Assembly (NCBI RefSeq): GCF_036365525.1
Contig: NC_090417.1
Location: forward strand, 186,001-250,000
Source: Heterodontus francisci
Taxonomy: Eukaryota
Length of the DNA: 64,000 nucleotides
Reading direction: 5' to 3'
A program made the translations under genes and the position numbers. This document shows, in pieces, positions 23,316 through 34,548 of this stretch; the first letter of the stretch is position 1, and each line of letters begins with the position of its first letter. Below the pieces are notes generated by a model that did no database searches, was not told the origin of the DNA, and worked only from the letters and a program-made list of their open reading frames with translations.

Positions 23316-23608
23316 CTGTTGGCATAAGCAAATCGGCGGAGACGAATCAGAATCAAAAAATTCTCGACCGCGGCTTTTCTTTCGTATTTGTGCCTGGGAT
23401 GTGGGCAGAGCTGGCGAGGGCTGCATTTATTGACCAGCTCCAATTACCCCGGCGATGGGATTCGTCTTGAGTCCCCGTGCCAGTGGGACTCAACGTTAGC
23501 AGAGACACTGAAGCCAGCAATGAGATGCCACATCGGTCAAGGGACGAGGTAACCCTCCCCGGCGAACAGAAAGGCAATGCCGAAAAGGAAACGCTCCGTA
23601 CTCCTTAC

Positions 23609-23879
23609 CTTCCACCAGAGCATCGAAGTCCCCGAGCAAGTCAATATCGCTGATGGAAATGCCATCATGCGCCCAGCCATCGGCGGACGGCTGCCTCAGC
23701 TGCTTTTTGAACTTTTCGACGGCGAGGACCAGCATGACAGCTTTTTCCAGCGACAGCTTAGCATCGCCCACAGCCGCTATGGTGGAAGACGTCCCAGTGA
23801 TCCTCAGCTGGTAGTTCCCTCGCTCCGACTGCTGACCGGCGGCGGCACTCGCCTCTGCTAGATTCGGTGCAGTCGGACC
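23609..23879 (-). CDS. IL1B: IL1B coding exon 3 (propeptide)
   Basis: ttgcag|GGT...G|gtaagg, 271 nt, phase 0/1; YQLRI...SLEKAVMLVLAVEKFKK matches the IL-1 propeptide 'IQLRI...FRQAASVVVAMDKLRK'. Confidence 0.93.
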
Positions 23880-24099
23880 CTGCAACAAAAAAAAAGAGCG
23901 AACGGGAGTCAGATTCGCTGACTCGTCGACTGGCGACGTGCTTGCTTCGCAAACCCCCCCCCCCCCACCGCCCCTCCCTTCAGTATTGCCCGTTCGGCTC
24001 CCTCGGACCCGTTGAGTGTTTACGGACTCGAGCTTGCACGCCGACAGCACGCTCGATCCTCCCCCTCAGTTGGATATAATTCCGGCGGAGCTTTCTTAC

Positions 24100-24166
24100 C
24101 TTGGCCAGGGGCCGAGAGGTAGGAGAGGTGAGGCAGGAATCGCTGCTGCTTTGGAAACCGTAAGTT
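24100..24166 (-). CDS. IL1B: IL1B coding exon 2
   Basis: ccacag|A...AAG|gtaaga, 67 nt, phase 2/0, in frame with both neighbours. Confidence 0.8.
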
Positions 24167-24811
24167 CTGTGGATAGAACAATGAAACAAACAAAACCATC
24201 ATCCACTGACTGATAATATGTGAAAGTAGCTGGTTAACCAGTTGAAAGACAACACTCTTGAGCTGGTACCGTACCTTTGAATATACATTACCCTGTTGTG
24301 GTGTTACAGATAGAATTCACACTCGCCATCCTGTACATTACTCAACTACCCATCGTATCACGAAGGGGACAAAACAGGAAGTGACTGGGCACCGCACGGC
24401 ATCCACTCACATACTCCCATGGCTACTGACTGGCAGAGGCACACTTTGGGGTTAGCGTGGCAGTGCGGGGCGCTGTAGGGTGAAGTTCGGGCAGGAAAGC
24501 TCCTACGTGTCAGAAAAACAGCAGGTTTTTTTTTCCTTCGGTTCAAAATAATGAGCCTTTTCTTCGTCGAGCTTTGTACCTGGTTTCGCTCATTGTCGAA
24601 GTCCAGAGGGGATATTTCCTTGTCCCCACTGTAATATAAATGATGCCTTGGCATCTAATAAGGTGACCCAGCCCTCAATCCTCTAAACCTTGTTCTGTGA
24701 TTTCATTATCACTGTAACTATTATTTAGGGATCGAATACCATTCACGGCTGCGAGCATACCTCGGATCACTCAACGTGGGTTTAAACGCAAAATAAAACC
24801 CTCAAGCTTAC

Positions 24812-24867
24812 CTTCGAGATTCATTCTCGGCCATCGGAATGGTCACGGGGCCAACCTGAGTCCGCAT
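24812..24867 (-). CDS. IL1B: IL1B first coding exon (MRTQVGPVTIPMAENESR)
   Basis: acaATG start, AG|gtaagc donor at phase 2; the six exons sum to 906 nt = 301 aa plus stop. Confidence 0.78.
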
Positions 24868-24959
24868 TGTCACCTTTCTCCACGGTAGCTTTGATGCTGC
24901 AAGTTCGAAGTTGTATCTGGCTGCTTGCCCAAGATTATCAGGCTGTTTTTTCTCCTCTG

Positions 24960-25140
24960 TGGTTTTATTGCTGTGCTCAAGAACCAGCCTGAACGCCTTC
25001 TTTTATGCATTGTGTCCTTCACATGCCCCGCCCTCCGGGGGGTGGGGCGGGGGAGGGGTGTGCGGGCCGCTGCCATGCGGCTGGAAATTTTATGATTGCG
25101 TAGTCAGGTTTTTGGTGAATTTTGCTTAAAGTTCCCCAAA
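24960..25140 (-). promoter_or_regulatory. Putative IL1B proximal promoter
   Basis: TATA-like ATAAAA at 24963-24968 and 25001-25006, GC box near 25045, C/EBP-like TTGCGTAG and TTGCTTAA, kB-like GGGGAACTTT at 25128-25137. Confidence 0.45.
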
Positions 25141-25276
25141 TTAACTCCCTGCCTGCTGGCGGCCACTCAAGAGCTACTAACCGACCTTCATATCCAGTGC
25201 ACTGGCGTTGAGGCTCACCGGGGGCTGGGGAACCAACTGCGATAGCCGCTACTACCCCTGCTACCTTATCTACCTG

Positions 25277-25790
25277 CTACCCGCCCTTGACCCACGCTTC
25301 CTCCCACGCTCCTCGGCCTGAAGAGGCGACAGAGTGCATCTGCAGTACTTTTCGTTTGCTCACTCCGATTTCCGTTTGCCAGCAATGTGCTCGGTTTGTC
25401 ACATTTTCTAAACGCCCAGTGCAGTTTCTTTCAATACAGTGCGTGGGTTTTCTCGCCACACCTGCCGTTGCAGTCCTGGGCTTTCCGGCAGACCGAAGGA
25501 CGACTTTCAGCCAGTTGATGGTCCTCCAGCGGCAGTTGATGCTGACCTCGGTGTGCGTCCCTGGCAACAGCCCGGAGAGCACGGCGTCCTGTGTTACGGA
25601 GCCGCTCGACGAGAGAAACCACCGCATCTCTTTCCAGACCCGCTTTGCAACGGCACGTTCCAGGAGGAGTCGGGCGGCTGCCTCGAGGGCAGTCGAGAGT
25701 CTGCTCAGGAAACCACCTGACAGTATCCGCCATCTCCTTTACCTGCTGGGCCTCAGTTGCTCAATTCACATGGTCTCAGTACCAGACAAA
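25277..25790 (-). mobile_element. L1/Tx1-like LINE ORF2 C-terminal fragment
   Basis: Degenerate MRWFLS...VTQDAVLSGLLPGTHTE..INCRWRTIN, like the region after the RT zinc finger. Confidence 0.55.
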
Positions 25791-26559
25791 ATCAATAAAT
25801 CAGTCTCTGTTGGGCATAGAGTTATACAGCACAGAAACAGGCCCTTCGGCCCATCGAGTCTGTGCCGGCCATCAAGCACTTAACTATTCTAATCCCATTT
25901 TCCAGCACTTGGCCCGTAGCCTTGTATGCTATGATGTTTCAAGTGCTCATCTAAATACTTCTTAAATGTTGTGAGGGTTCCTGCCTCCACCACCTCTTCA
26001 GGCAGTGCGTTCCAGATTCCAACCACCCTCTGGGTGAAAACATTTTCCTCAAATCCCCCCTAAACCCGAAATCCTCAAATCCCCCCTATCTCTTCCTGAT
26101 AAACTAACCCTATCGACAGAAAGGAAACAGGCAGGAAAAGATTCCTTGTGTGCAGGTTGGCAATGGGAGTGGTTAGCCTCATTTGCCAAATGTGTTGTTG
26201 TGACATTCCCTAAGACACAGTTTCAGCTGTGCAATGGGCGGGAAATGCATCCGGTCTTTTGAACAGCTGGAATGTATTGAAAAATGCAAACTATGGTGTG
26301 GTCACCCATGCAATACTCCAGGGCAATCCAATACTCTGTGGCTCAGTATTGACTCACCCACTCCTGGTTTCAACTGCCAACCCTTTCGTGCAGGGTGTTT
26401 GGTGGAACTTCCTGAAGTGAGATGACAGGGACAAAACAGACCACACTCACCCGAAGGGAAAGTTTCCAGGAAGTTGCGGCATCTCACCGCACTCTAACCT
26501 CAGCAGCCCCCACTCGAAATGAGCTTTCCCAGCTCACACCAGGTGGAGTCGCACCAAAT

Positions 26560-26880
26560 GTGAGGAGGAATAATCGGGACACAATTCTGGGAGTGATGAG
26601 CAGTTGGACCTCCTTGGAAGTTCGTGCCAACGTTGGCACAGAGTGGGAGTGGCCTGGCACCATGGCTGTGGCAAGCAACCGGGCGGCTCCATGGTTTAGC
26701 CATGCCTCCCTGGAGATTCTCCTCCAGGCTGCAAGGGAAAGGCAAGAAGAGAGAGGCAAGGCGACATCTGGCGGAGCTGCCAGAGGATGTGCGCGGGCAT
26801 CGGAGGTGGCCATCCATGCCATGCGTGCTGCTGTGCCCCAAGCATGTGAATGCTATATGTGGCAACAGGGAAAAACGCAG
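26560..26880 (+). mobile_element. PIF/Harbinger-derived Myb/SANT-like ORF remnant
   Basis: APWFSHASLEILLQAARERQE resembles 'APRFS..ELE.L...V..R'; a similar remnant lies at 35330-35510. Confidence 0.4.
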
Positions 26881-28977
26881 TAGGATTGGGAAGATGTAAC
26901 ACAGTTTTATGAAAGGGAATTCATGTTTGATGAATTTGTTTGTTTTTTGAGAGTGTAACTACTGGCTTTGATAAGGGGAAGTATTTAGCATATTTGAATT
27001 TCCAAAAGGCTTCCAATAAAGTGCAACATGAAAGGCTTTTACACAAGACGCAAGATCATGGGATTATGGTACTAGATTAGCATGGATTGAGGATTGATTA
27101 ACAGACAGTAAGGAGAGATTGGGCAAAAACCCATGGGTCAGAGAAAGCCAGTCTTGCTTCTGTTGTGCTTGCCATAGGCAATTCCCGCAGGATGGTTTCG
27201 AGCAGTCAGTGCCATTTCAGGTACCCGCCCACCCTACGTCTTGGGAACTGCAGGTCTCCAGAATGGCAAAGCCCTCATGCAGATTCACAAGAATGATGCT
27301 GAGGCTCAGGCGGTTACATTCCGAGGACAGATTCCATAAACCTTCGAGAGGTGATCTGATTGAGATCATCCAGTAAGCTGCCACTCCCTTCCCCTCCCGG
27401 AGCCCACGGGGCCGAATGTCCTCTGGGACTCCCGTCCCCACTGTAGCTGCAAACATATATCTATGTCTAGTTTCTCTCCTATCTATCTTCATGCTTATGG
27501 AGTTGATCTCCTCCTCCCTGTACTCTATTCCCACTGAAGTACTGGTCCCCCAACTTCCCTTCCTCGCGCCCGTATTAGCTGATGGTGATGTACATGCAGG
27601 GTAAACAATCCCCTCTCGTCCTCCTCGACCTGTCTGCACCCTTTGACACGGTTGGCCGCACAATCTGCCTCCAACGCCTCTCCACTGTCGTCCAGCCGGG
27701 TGGGACTGCTCTCACCCGGTTCCACTCTTAACTATCGACATGCTGCGCCTCGGCAACGCCATCCGAAAGCGCAGTGCCAGTTTTCACACATACGCTGACG
27801 CCACCCGGCCCGACCTCCCCATCACCTCTCTCGACTGTCCGTAAATTATCACATTGTCACAGGGCCATGCCCCTGATCCAGAGATCCAGGATCTCCGCAC
27901 TGCTCACATTCCCGATTTTAATCGCTCCTCCCTGAACCTCCCTCTCTTTCATTCCGCAAGACGTTCCTGAAAAAACAAAACGTGGGTGAGCTTTACAATA
28001 TTAAAGGCGCCGCACGAATGCAGGCTGTTGTTGAGTCGCGGCTCAGATCAGCGCCAATCGAAGTGAATGGCGGACTGGAGTGACTGCTCCGGTTGATGAT
28101 AGATTTCCTTCCCTTATGGGCATTCATTTTTGCAACAGCCGATTAGACCAGCCCTCAATCCACAGCCAACTGTTTCCCGAGTTGAAATCAGTAGTGAAAG
28201 AGTTAATGGCTTCTCCAGCACTTCTCTGTGTTCACATACCTGAGCCCTACCCTTATAAAACAGTGACCTAAGCTGCAATAAGTTGTGCCGCTCTCCCAGT
28301 TGAAAGCTGTAAGTCTCTTTAATCTCTGCACAATACTGTGTAACGTGAGAGGCTAACCAACACGAAATGAGGGTGAGCAGGCAATTAATTGCCAGAGGCA
28401 TTTGCGTCATCAAGCTGTGAAAATAAATGAAACTGGTTATGTCAAAAAGCTGGACTCGCACTGCGCTTGTATCTGTCCAACCGCTAACACCACGTTTTCC
28501 CACAGACATATCAACCCCAGCTGTACATATCATCCTAGCTCAGGCTGGGAACACATAGTCAGAGAAATACCCCCGAAAACGTCGTGCTTTGACTTGTTTA
28601 AATCAATTCTTCTCTTGCGTTCCGTCTTGACCGTTTTGTGGGTATCGCCTGCTATTCGGCCCCAGTGGCTTCGCGTGACCTGAGACAGTGAGTGCTAGCC
28701 GGCGATTGGACTGTACGGGGCGTTGCCACCGGCTGGTAAATTTAAATCCGCCGCCAGATGTTATGCTTTGCCACCCCCCCTCCCCCCCCCCCCAAGCATG
28801 GAGAAACCAGAGTCACGATTTCTGTGTGTGGGGGCTTTATTCAAGATAGCTGCCCGCATCTGTCCGGGTTTCACTTCTGGAGCCATGCCCCTGCCCTCAG
28901 GGTTGACCGACAGCATAGTGAAGCAGTCTTACAAACAGAGCACGGAGCGATCAATCACTGAGCAATGGAACTCGACA

Positions 28978-29320
28978 GGGCACAGTGGCGCAGTGGTTAG
29001 CACCGCAGCCTCACAGCTCCAGCGACCCGGGTTCAATTCCGGGTACTGCCTGTGTGGAGTTTGCAAGTTCTCCCTGTGTCTGCACGGGTTTCCTCCGGGT
29101 GCTCCGGTTTCCTCCCATATGCCAAAGACTTGCAGGTTGATAGGTAAATTGGCCATTAGAAATTGCCCCTAGTATAGGTAGGTGGTAGGGGAATATAGGG
29201 ACAGGTAGGGATGAGGTAGGAATATGGAATTAGTGTAGGATTAGTATAAATGGGTGGTTGATGGTCGGCACAGACTCGGTGGGCCGAAGGGCCTGTTTCA
29301 GTGCTGTATCTCTAAAACTA
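28978..29320 (+). mobile_element. HE1-like V-SINE, full length
   Basis: A box TGGCGCAGTGG, B box GGTTCAATTCC, V core, tail GGGCCGAAGGGCCTGTTTCAGTGCTGTATCTCT plus (CTAAAA)n. Confidence 0.88.
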
Positions 29321-30252
29321 AAAAAAAAACTAAAAAAAACTAAGGGCCGGCTGTAGCATCCCCGTGGCTAACCCTAGTTAACCCAACGCATTCGATAATA
29401 TCATGATATGATTGTAAGCTCCCATGCCACATTCCCACCTACCCCCCCGCCCCCCAATAACCTTTCACCCCCTTGCTTATCAAGAATCGATCTACCTCCG
29501 CCTTAAAAGGGATTCAGGCCAGCTGGCCACTGTGTTTCAATTGAGTAGTCGAGATGGAAGAAGCTGGGACTGGAAGGGTTACTGCTTATGTGAGAGTTTA
29601 CGAACTGAAACTGGTGCAAAACGTGGAGTGAGGAAGTGGGAATTTTAGGCCACGTTGTTCCAGTCTAAAAGTACAACACACGCCCAAGCCAAACTGCAGT
29701 GAGGGTGCCAGCGCCCTCACATTATGCCCTCTGTATCGCCACACACACACACACACAGAGCACTTCCCTGTTCGCTTGCAACTTCCCCGTTTTTTTTGTT
29801 CATCTATCACCATATCATAAATCGCACCTTCTCCCAACCCATTGAGATCGAGGAGGAGTATCTGCTCTCTGCAGTGGAACTACGACCATGAAACTATCAT
29901 CGATTGTCATAAAAAACCCGCCAGGTTCACTACTGTCCTTCAGGGAAGGAAATCTGCCATCCTTACCCGGTCTGGCCGACATGTGGCTCCAGACCCACAG
30001 CAATGGGTCGCCCACCTCCCATGAACGAATGACAAAAGAAAAGCCTGGCAGCATCCTGAAATAGTACGGGAGCATCGACACTCATTCTGCTAAAGACTTT
30101 ACAGTGGAATGGAGTCTCATTGAAAGATGCCAGGAGGGAACGGTGCAGTGTCCCTTGCCCCTGCAAGCCCACCTGGTTGGATTTGTGCACCGTACGGCAT
30201 GAATAGCTGTTAAGAATGCCCAAATTGCAAGGGAGGAGCAATGAGAAAAGTG

Positions 30253-33200
30253 ATGGGAGGTGGGCGTCGCTGGCCAGGCCAGCATTTATTGCCCATCCCT
30301 AATTGCCCTTGAGAAGGTGGTGGTGAGCTGCCTTCTTGAACCGCTGCAGTCCGTGTGGGGTAGGTGCACCCACAGTGCTGTTAGGAAGGGAGTTCCAGGA
30401 TTTTGACCCAGCAGCAGTGAAGGAACAGCGACATAGTTCCAAGTCAGGATGGTGTGTGACTTGGACGGGACCTTGCAGGTGGTGGTGTTCCCATGTATTT
30501 GCTGCCCTTGTCCTTCTAGTTGGTAGAGGTCACAGGTTTGGAAGGTGCTGTCTGAGGAGCCTTGGTGCATTGCTGCAGTGCATCTTGTAGATGGTACACA
30601 CTGCTGCCACTGTGTGTCGGTGGTGGAGGGAGTGAATGTTTGTAGATGGGGTGCCAATCAAGCGGGCTGCTTTGTCCTGGAGGGTGTCGAGCTTCTTGAG
30701 TGTTGTTGGAGCTGCCACCCATCCAGGCAAGTGGAGAGTATTCCATCACACTCCTGACTTGTGCCTTGTAGATGGTGGACAGGCTTTGGGGAGTCAGGAG
30801 GTGAGTTACTCACCACAGAATTCCTAGCCTCTGACCTGCTCTTGTAGCAATAGTATTTATGTAGCTGGTGCAGTTCAGTTTCTGGTCAATGGTAGCCCCC
30901 AGGATGCTGATAGTGGAGGATTCAGTGATGTAATGCCATTGAATGTCAAGGGGAGATGGTTAGATTCTCTCTTGTTGGAGATGGTCATTGCCTGGCACTT
31001 GTGTGGTGCGAATGTTACTTGCCACTTATCAGCCCAAACCTGGATATAGTCCAGGTCTTGCTGCATTTCTACACGGACTGCTTCAGTGTCTGAGGAGTCG
31101 TGAATGGTGCTGAACATTGTGCAATCATCAGCGAACATCCCCACTTCTGACCTTATGATTGAAGGAAGGTCATTGATGAAGCAACTGAAGATGGTTGGGC
31201 TTCGGACACTACCCTGAGGAACTCCTGCAGTGATGTCCTGGAGCTCAGATGATTGATCTCAAACAACCACAACCATCTTCCTTTGCGCTAGGTATGACTC
31301 CAGCCAGCGGAGGGTTTTCCCCCTGATTCCCATTGACCTCAGTTTTGCTAGGGCTCCTTGATGCCACACTCGGTCAAATGCTGCCTTGATGTCAAGGGCA
31401 GTCACTCTCACCTCACCTCTTGAGTTCAGCTCTTTTGTCCATGTTTGAACCAAGGCTGTAATGAGGTCAGGAGCTGAGTGGCCCTGGCGGAACCCAAACT
31501 GAGTGTCACTGAGTAGGTTATTGCTAAGCAAGTGCTGCTTGATGGCACTGTTGATGACACCTTCCATCACTAACTGATGATTGAGAGTAGGCTGATGGGG
31601 CGGTAATTGGCCGGGTTGGACTTGTCCTGCTTTTTGTGTACAGGACATACCTGGGCAATTTTTCACATTGCAGGGTAGATGCCAGTGTTGTAGCTGTACT
31701 GGAACAGCTTGACTAGGGGCGCGGCAAGTTCTGGAGCACAGGTCTTCAGTACTATTGCCGGAATATTGTCAGGGCCCATAGCTTTTGCAGTATCCAGTGC
31801 CTTCAGTCGTTTCTTGATATCACGCGGAGTGAAACGAATTGGCTGAAGTCTGGCATCTGTGATGCTGGGGACTTCAGGAGGAGGCCGAGATGGATCATCA
31901 ACTCGGCACTTCTGGCAGAAGATTGTTGCAAATGCTTCAGCCTTATCTTTCGCACTGATGTGCTGGGCTCTCCCATCATTGAGGATGGGGATATTTGTGG
32001 AGCCACCTCCTCCAGTTAGTTGTTTCATTGTCCACCACCATTCACAGCTGGATGTGGCAGGACTACAGAGCTTAGATCTGATCCGTTGTTTATGGGATCG
32101 CTTAGCTCTGTCTATCGCATGCTGCTTGTGCCATTTGGCACACAAGTAGTCCTGGGTTGTAGCTTCACCAGGTTGACACCCCATTTTAAGGTATGCCTGG
32201 TGCTGCTCCTGGCATGCCCTCCTGCACTCTTCATTGAACCAGGGTTGGTCTCCTAGCTTGATGGTAATGGTAGAGCGGGGGATATGCCGGGTCATGAGGT
32301 TACAGATTGTGGTTGAGTACAATTCTGCTGCTGCTGATGGCCCACAGCACCTCATGGATGCCCAGTTTTGCATTGCTAGATCTGTTCGAAATCTATCCCA
32401 TTTAGCACGGTGATAGTGCCACACAACACGATGGACGGTATCCTCAATGTGAAGGTGGGACAAGGACTGTGCGGTGGTCACTCCTACCAATACTGTCATG
32501 GACAGAAGCATCTGCGGCAGGCAGATTGGCGATGACGAGGTCAAATATGTTTTTCCCTCTTGTTGGTTCCCTCACCATCTGCCGCAGACCCAGTCTAGCA
32601 GCTATGTCCTTTAGAACTTGGCCAGCTCGGTCAGTAGTGGTGCTACCGAGCCACTCTTGGTGATGGACATTAAAGTCCCCCACCCAGAGTACATTCTGTG
32701 CCCTTGCCACCCTCAGTGCTTCCTCCAAGTGGTGTTCAACACGGAGGAGTACTGAGTCATCAGCTGAGGGAGGGCGGTAGGTGGTAATCAGTAGGAGGTT
32801 GCCTTGCCCATGTTTGACCTGATGCCATGAGACTTCATAAGGTCCGGAGTCGATGTTGAGGACTCCCAGGGCAACTCCCTCCCTACTGTATGCCACTGTG
32901 CCACCATCTCTGGTGGGTCTGTCCTGCCGGTGGGACAGGACATACCCGGGGCTGGTGATGGCAGTGTCTGGGACATTGTCTCCAAGGTATAATTCCGTGA
33001 GTTTGACTATGTCAAGCTGTTGCTTGACTACTCTGTGGGACAGCTCTCCCAACTTTGGCACAAGCCCCCAGATGTTAGTAAGGAGGACTTTGCAGGGTTG
33101 ACAGGGCTGGGTTTGCCGTTGTCGTTTCCGGTGCCTAGGTCGATGCCGGGTGGTCCGTCCGGTTTCACTCCTTTTTATTGGCTTCGTAGCGGTTAGATAC

Positions 33201-33498
33201 AACTGAGTGGCTTGCTAGGCCATTTCAGAGGGCATGTAAGAGTTAACCACATTGCTGTGGGTCTGGAGTCACATGTCGGCCAGACCAGGCAAGGAGGGCA
33301 GATTTCCTTCCCGAAAGGACATTAGTGAACCAGATGGGTTTTAACAACAAGCCAGTAGTTTGGTAATCACCAGTAATGAAACTAGCTTTGTTGCCCAGAT
33401 TTATTTAGTGAAATGAATTTCAATTCCCCAGCTATCGTGCTGGGGTTTTGAACTCACAGCTCCAGATTACTAGTCCAGTAACATTGCCACTATGCGAC
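30253..33498 (-). mobile_element. CR1-group LINE with APE+RT ORF, no ORF1, and a tRNA-like SINE-type 5' head
   Basis: APE motifs NIWGL, YRPP, GDFN, SDH; RT motifs QFGFR, LDIKAAFDRV, FADD; the 5' 300 nt carry A/B-box-like sequence and the core GGAAGGAAATCTGCC...GACTCCAGACCCACAGCAATG. Confidence 0.85.
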
Positions 33499-33529
33499 CG
33501 TAACCACATCTACGTCCCTGCTGGAGATG

Positions 33530-33920
33530 ACAAAGATAGGGATGAGAGTTTCAACAGCCTTGGGGGGGTGAGATATAGAAATGGACATGAATGGCACATT
33601 GCCATTGTGTTAATGGTACAAGGACTTAGAGCACACAGATTGAAAGCTTCGGGCAAGAGATGCGGGAGGGTGGAGGTGATATGAAGATGCGCTTTTTTTT
33701 TACACAGCGGGTGGTGATGACCTGAAACTCGCTGCCCACGAGGGTGGTGGAAGCGGAGACGATCGATGACGTCAAGAAGAGATCGGACGGCCACCCGAGC
33801 GAAATTGACTCGCAGGGCGACGGAGATCGAGCCCGGTCGTGGGACCAGTTGCACAGCTCCGTGGAGAGCGAGCACAGGATCGACGGGCCGACTCGCCTCC
33901 TTCTGTGCCGCATCTGACTC
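33530..33920 (+). mobile_element. Old CR1 3' end
   Basis: Degenerate FFTQRVV...TFKK region and GGGCCGA...CCTTCTGTGC tail. Confidence 0.65.
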
Positions 33921-34510
33921 TATAATCCCCAGCTGTTACTCAGTGTTTTTCATGATGGTTTTAGAGAGGTGCCACAGATATCACTAATGCCAGTGAGAAC
34001 TGTACTGAGGAGGTCAAGTCCAAGGGCTGAGATCCGAAAGGGTCCCGGAGGTAGGAGTTTCAAACACATTTTGTTCCAAAACTCAAAGGAGAGGGTTAAA
34101 GGAGGAAGCATTTGTTTTTGATTGCGGGTGTTAAGAAGTTAACACTCGTCAACAAAAAAACAAGTTGGAAAAGTGTTCAGAAGGAAGTGACCTGCCATTG
34201 CAAAGCTCCGACAGGAAATGAAGTTTGCTTCACATATCTTCAATACCTCTACCCCGAGCTAACTTTCAAGTTGGGAAAATTTTCTCAAACCACTTGAAAG
34301 TTTTTTGAAAAAAAATGGAGACTGTAAATAGAAACTTCTTCGGGTCTAAGTTCAGATTTCCCACCAGATGAATTCTGGTGAACAACCCGGGGTTTTCCCA
34401 ACACAGTTGCAAAGTGTATTTTGTTCCCCGATAAAAGCACAGTTGGGAGCTAAGGATCACCAACCTGCAATGTTCTGACTTAAAGCGTGATGTGACTTGA
34501 GGAGCTATAC

Positions 34511-34548
34511 AGTTCTGATGAAAGGGTCACTGACCTGAAACGTTAACT
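34511..34548 (+). ncRNA. Second-family minimal hammerhead-like motif (Penelope-LTR type)
   Basis: AGTT-CTGATGA-aa-GGGTC act GACCT-GAAA-CG-TT-AACT; palindromic stem III; extra A residues before stem II. Confidence 0.5.

Noticed and set aside
28978-29050. tRNA gene (also 5690-5760, 33420-33498, 36618-36700, 44785-44850)
   Set aside because: A/B boxes continue into SINE cores and tails; no complete cloverleaf
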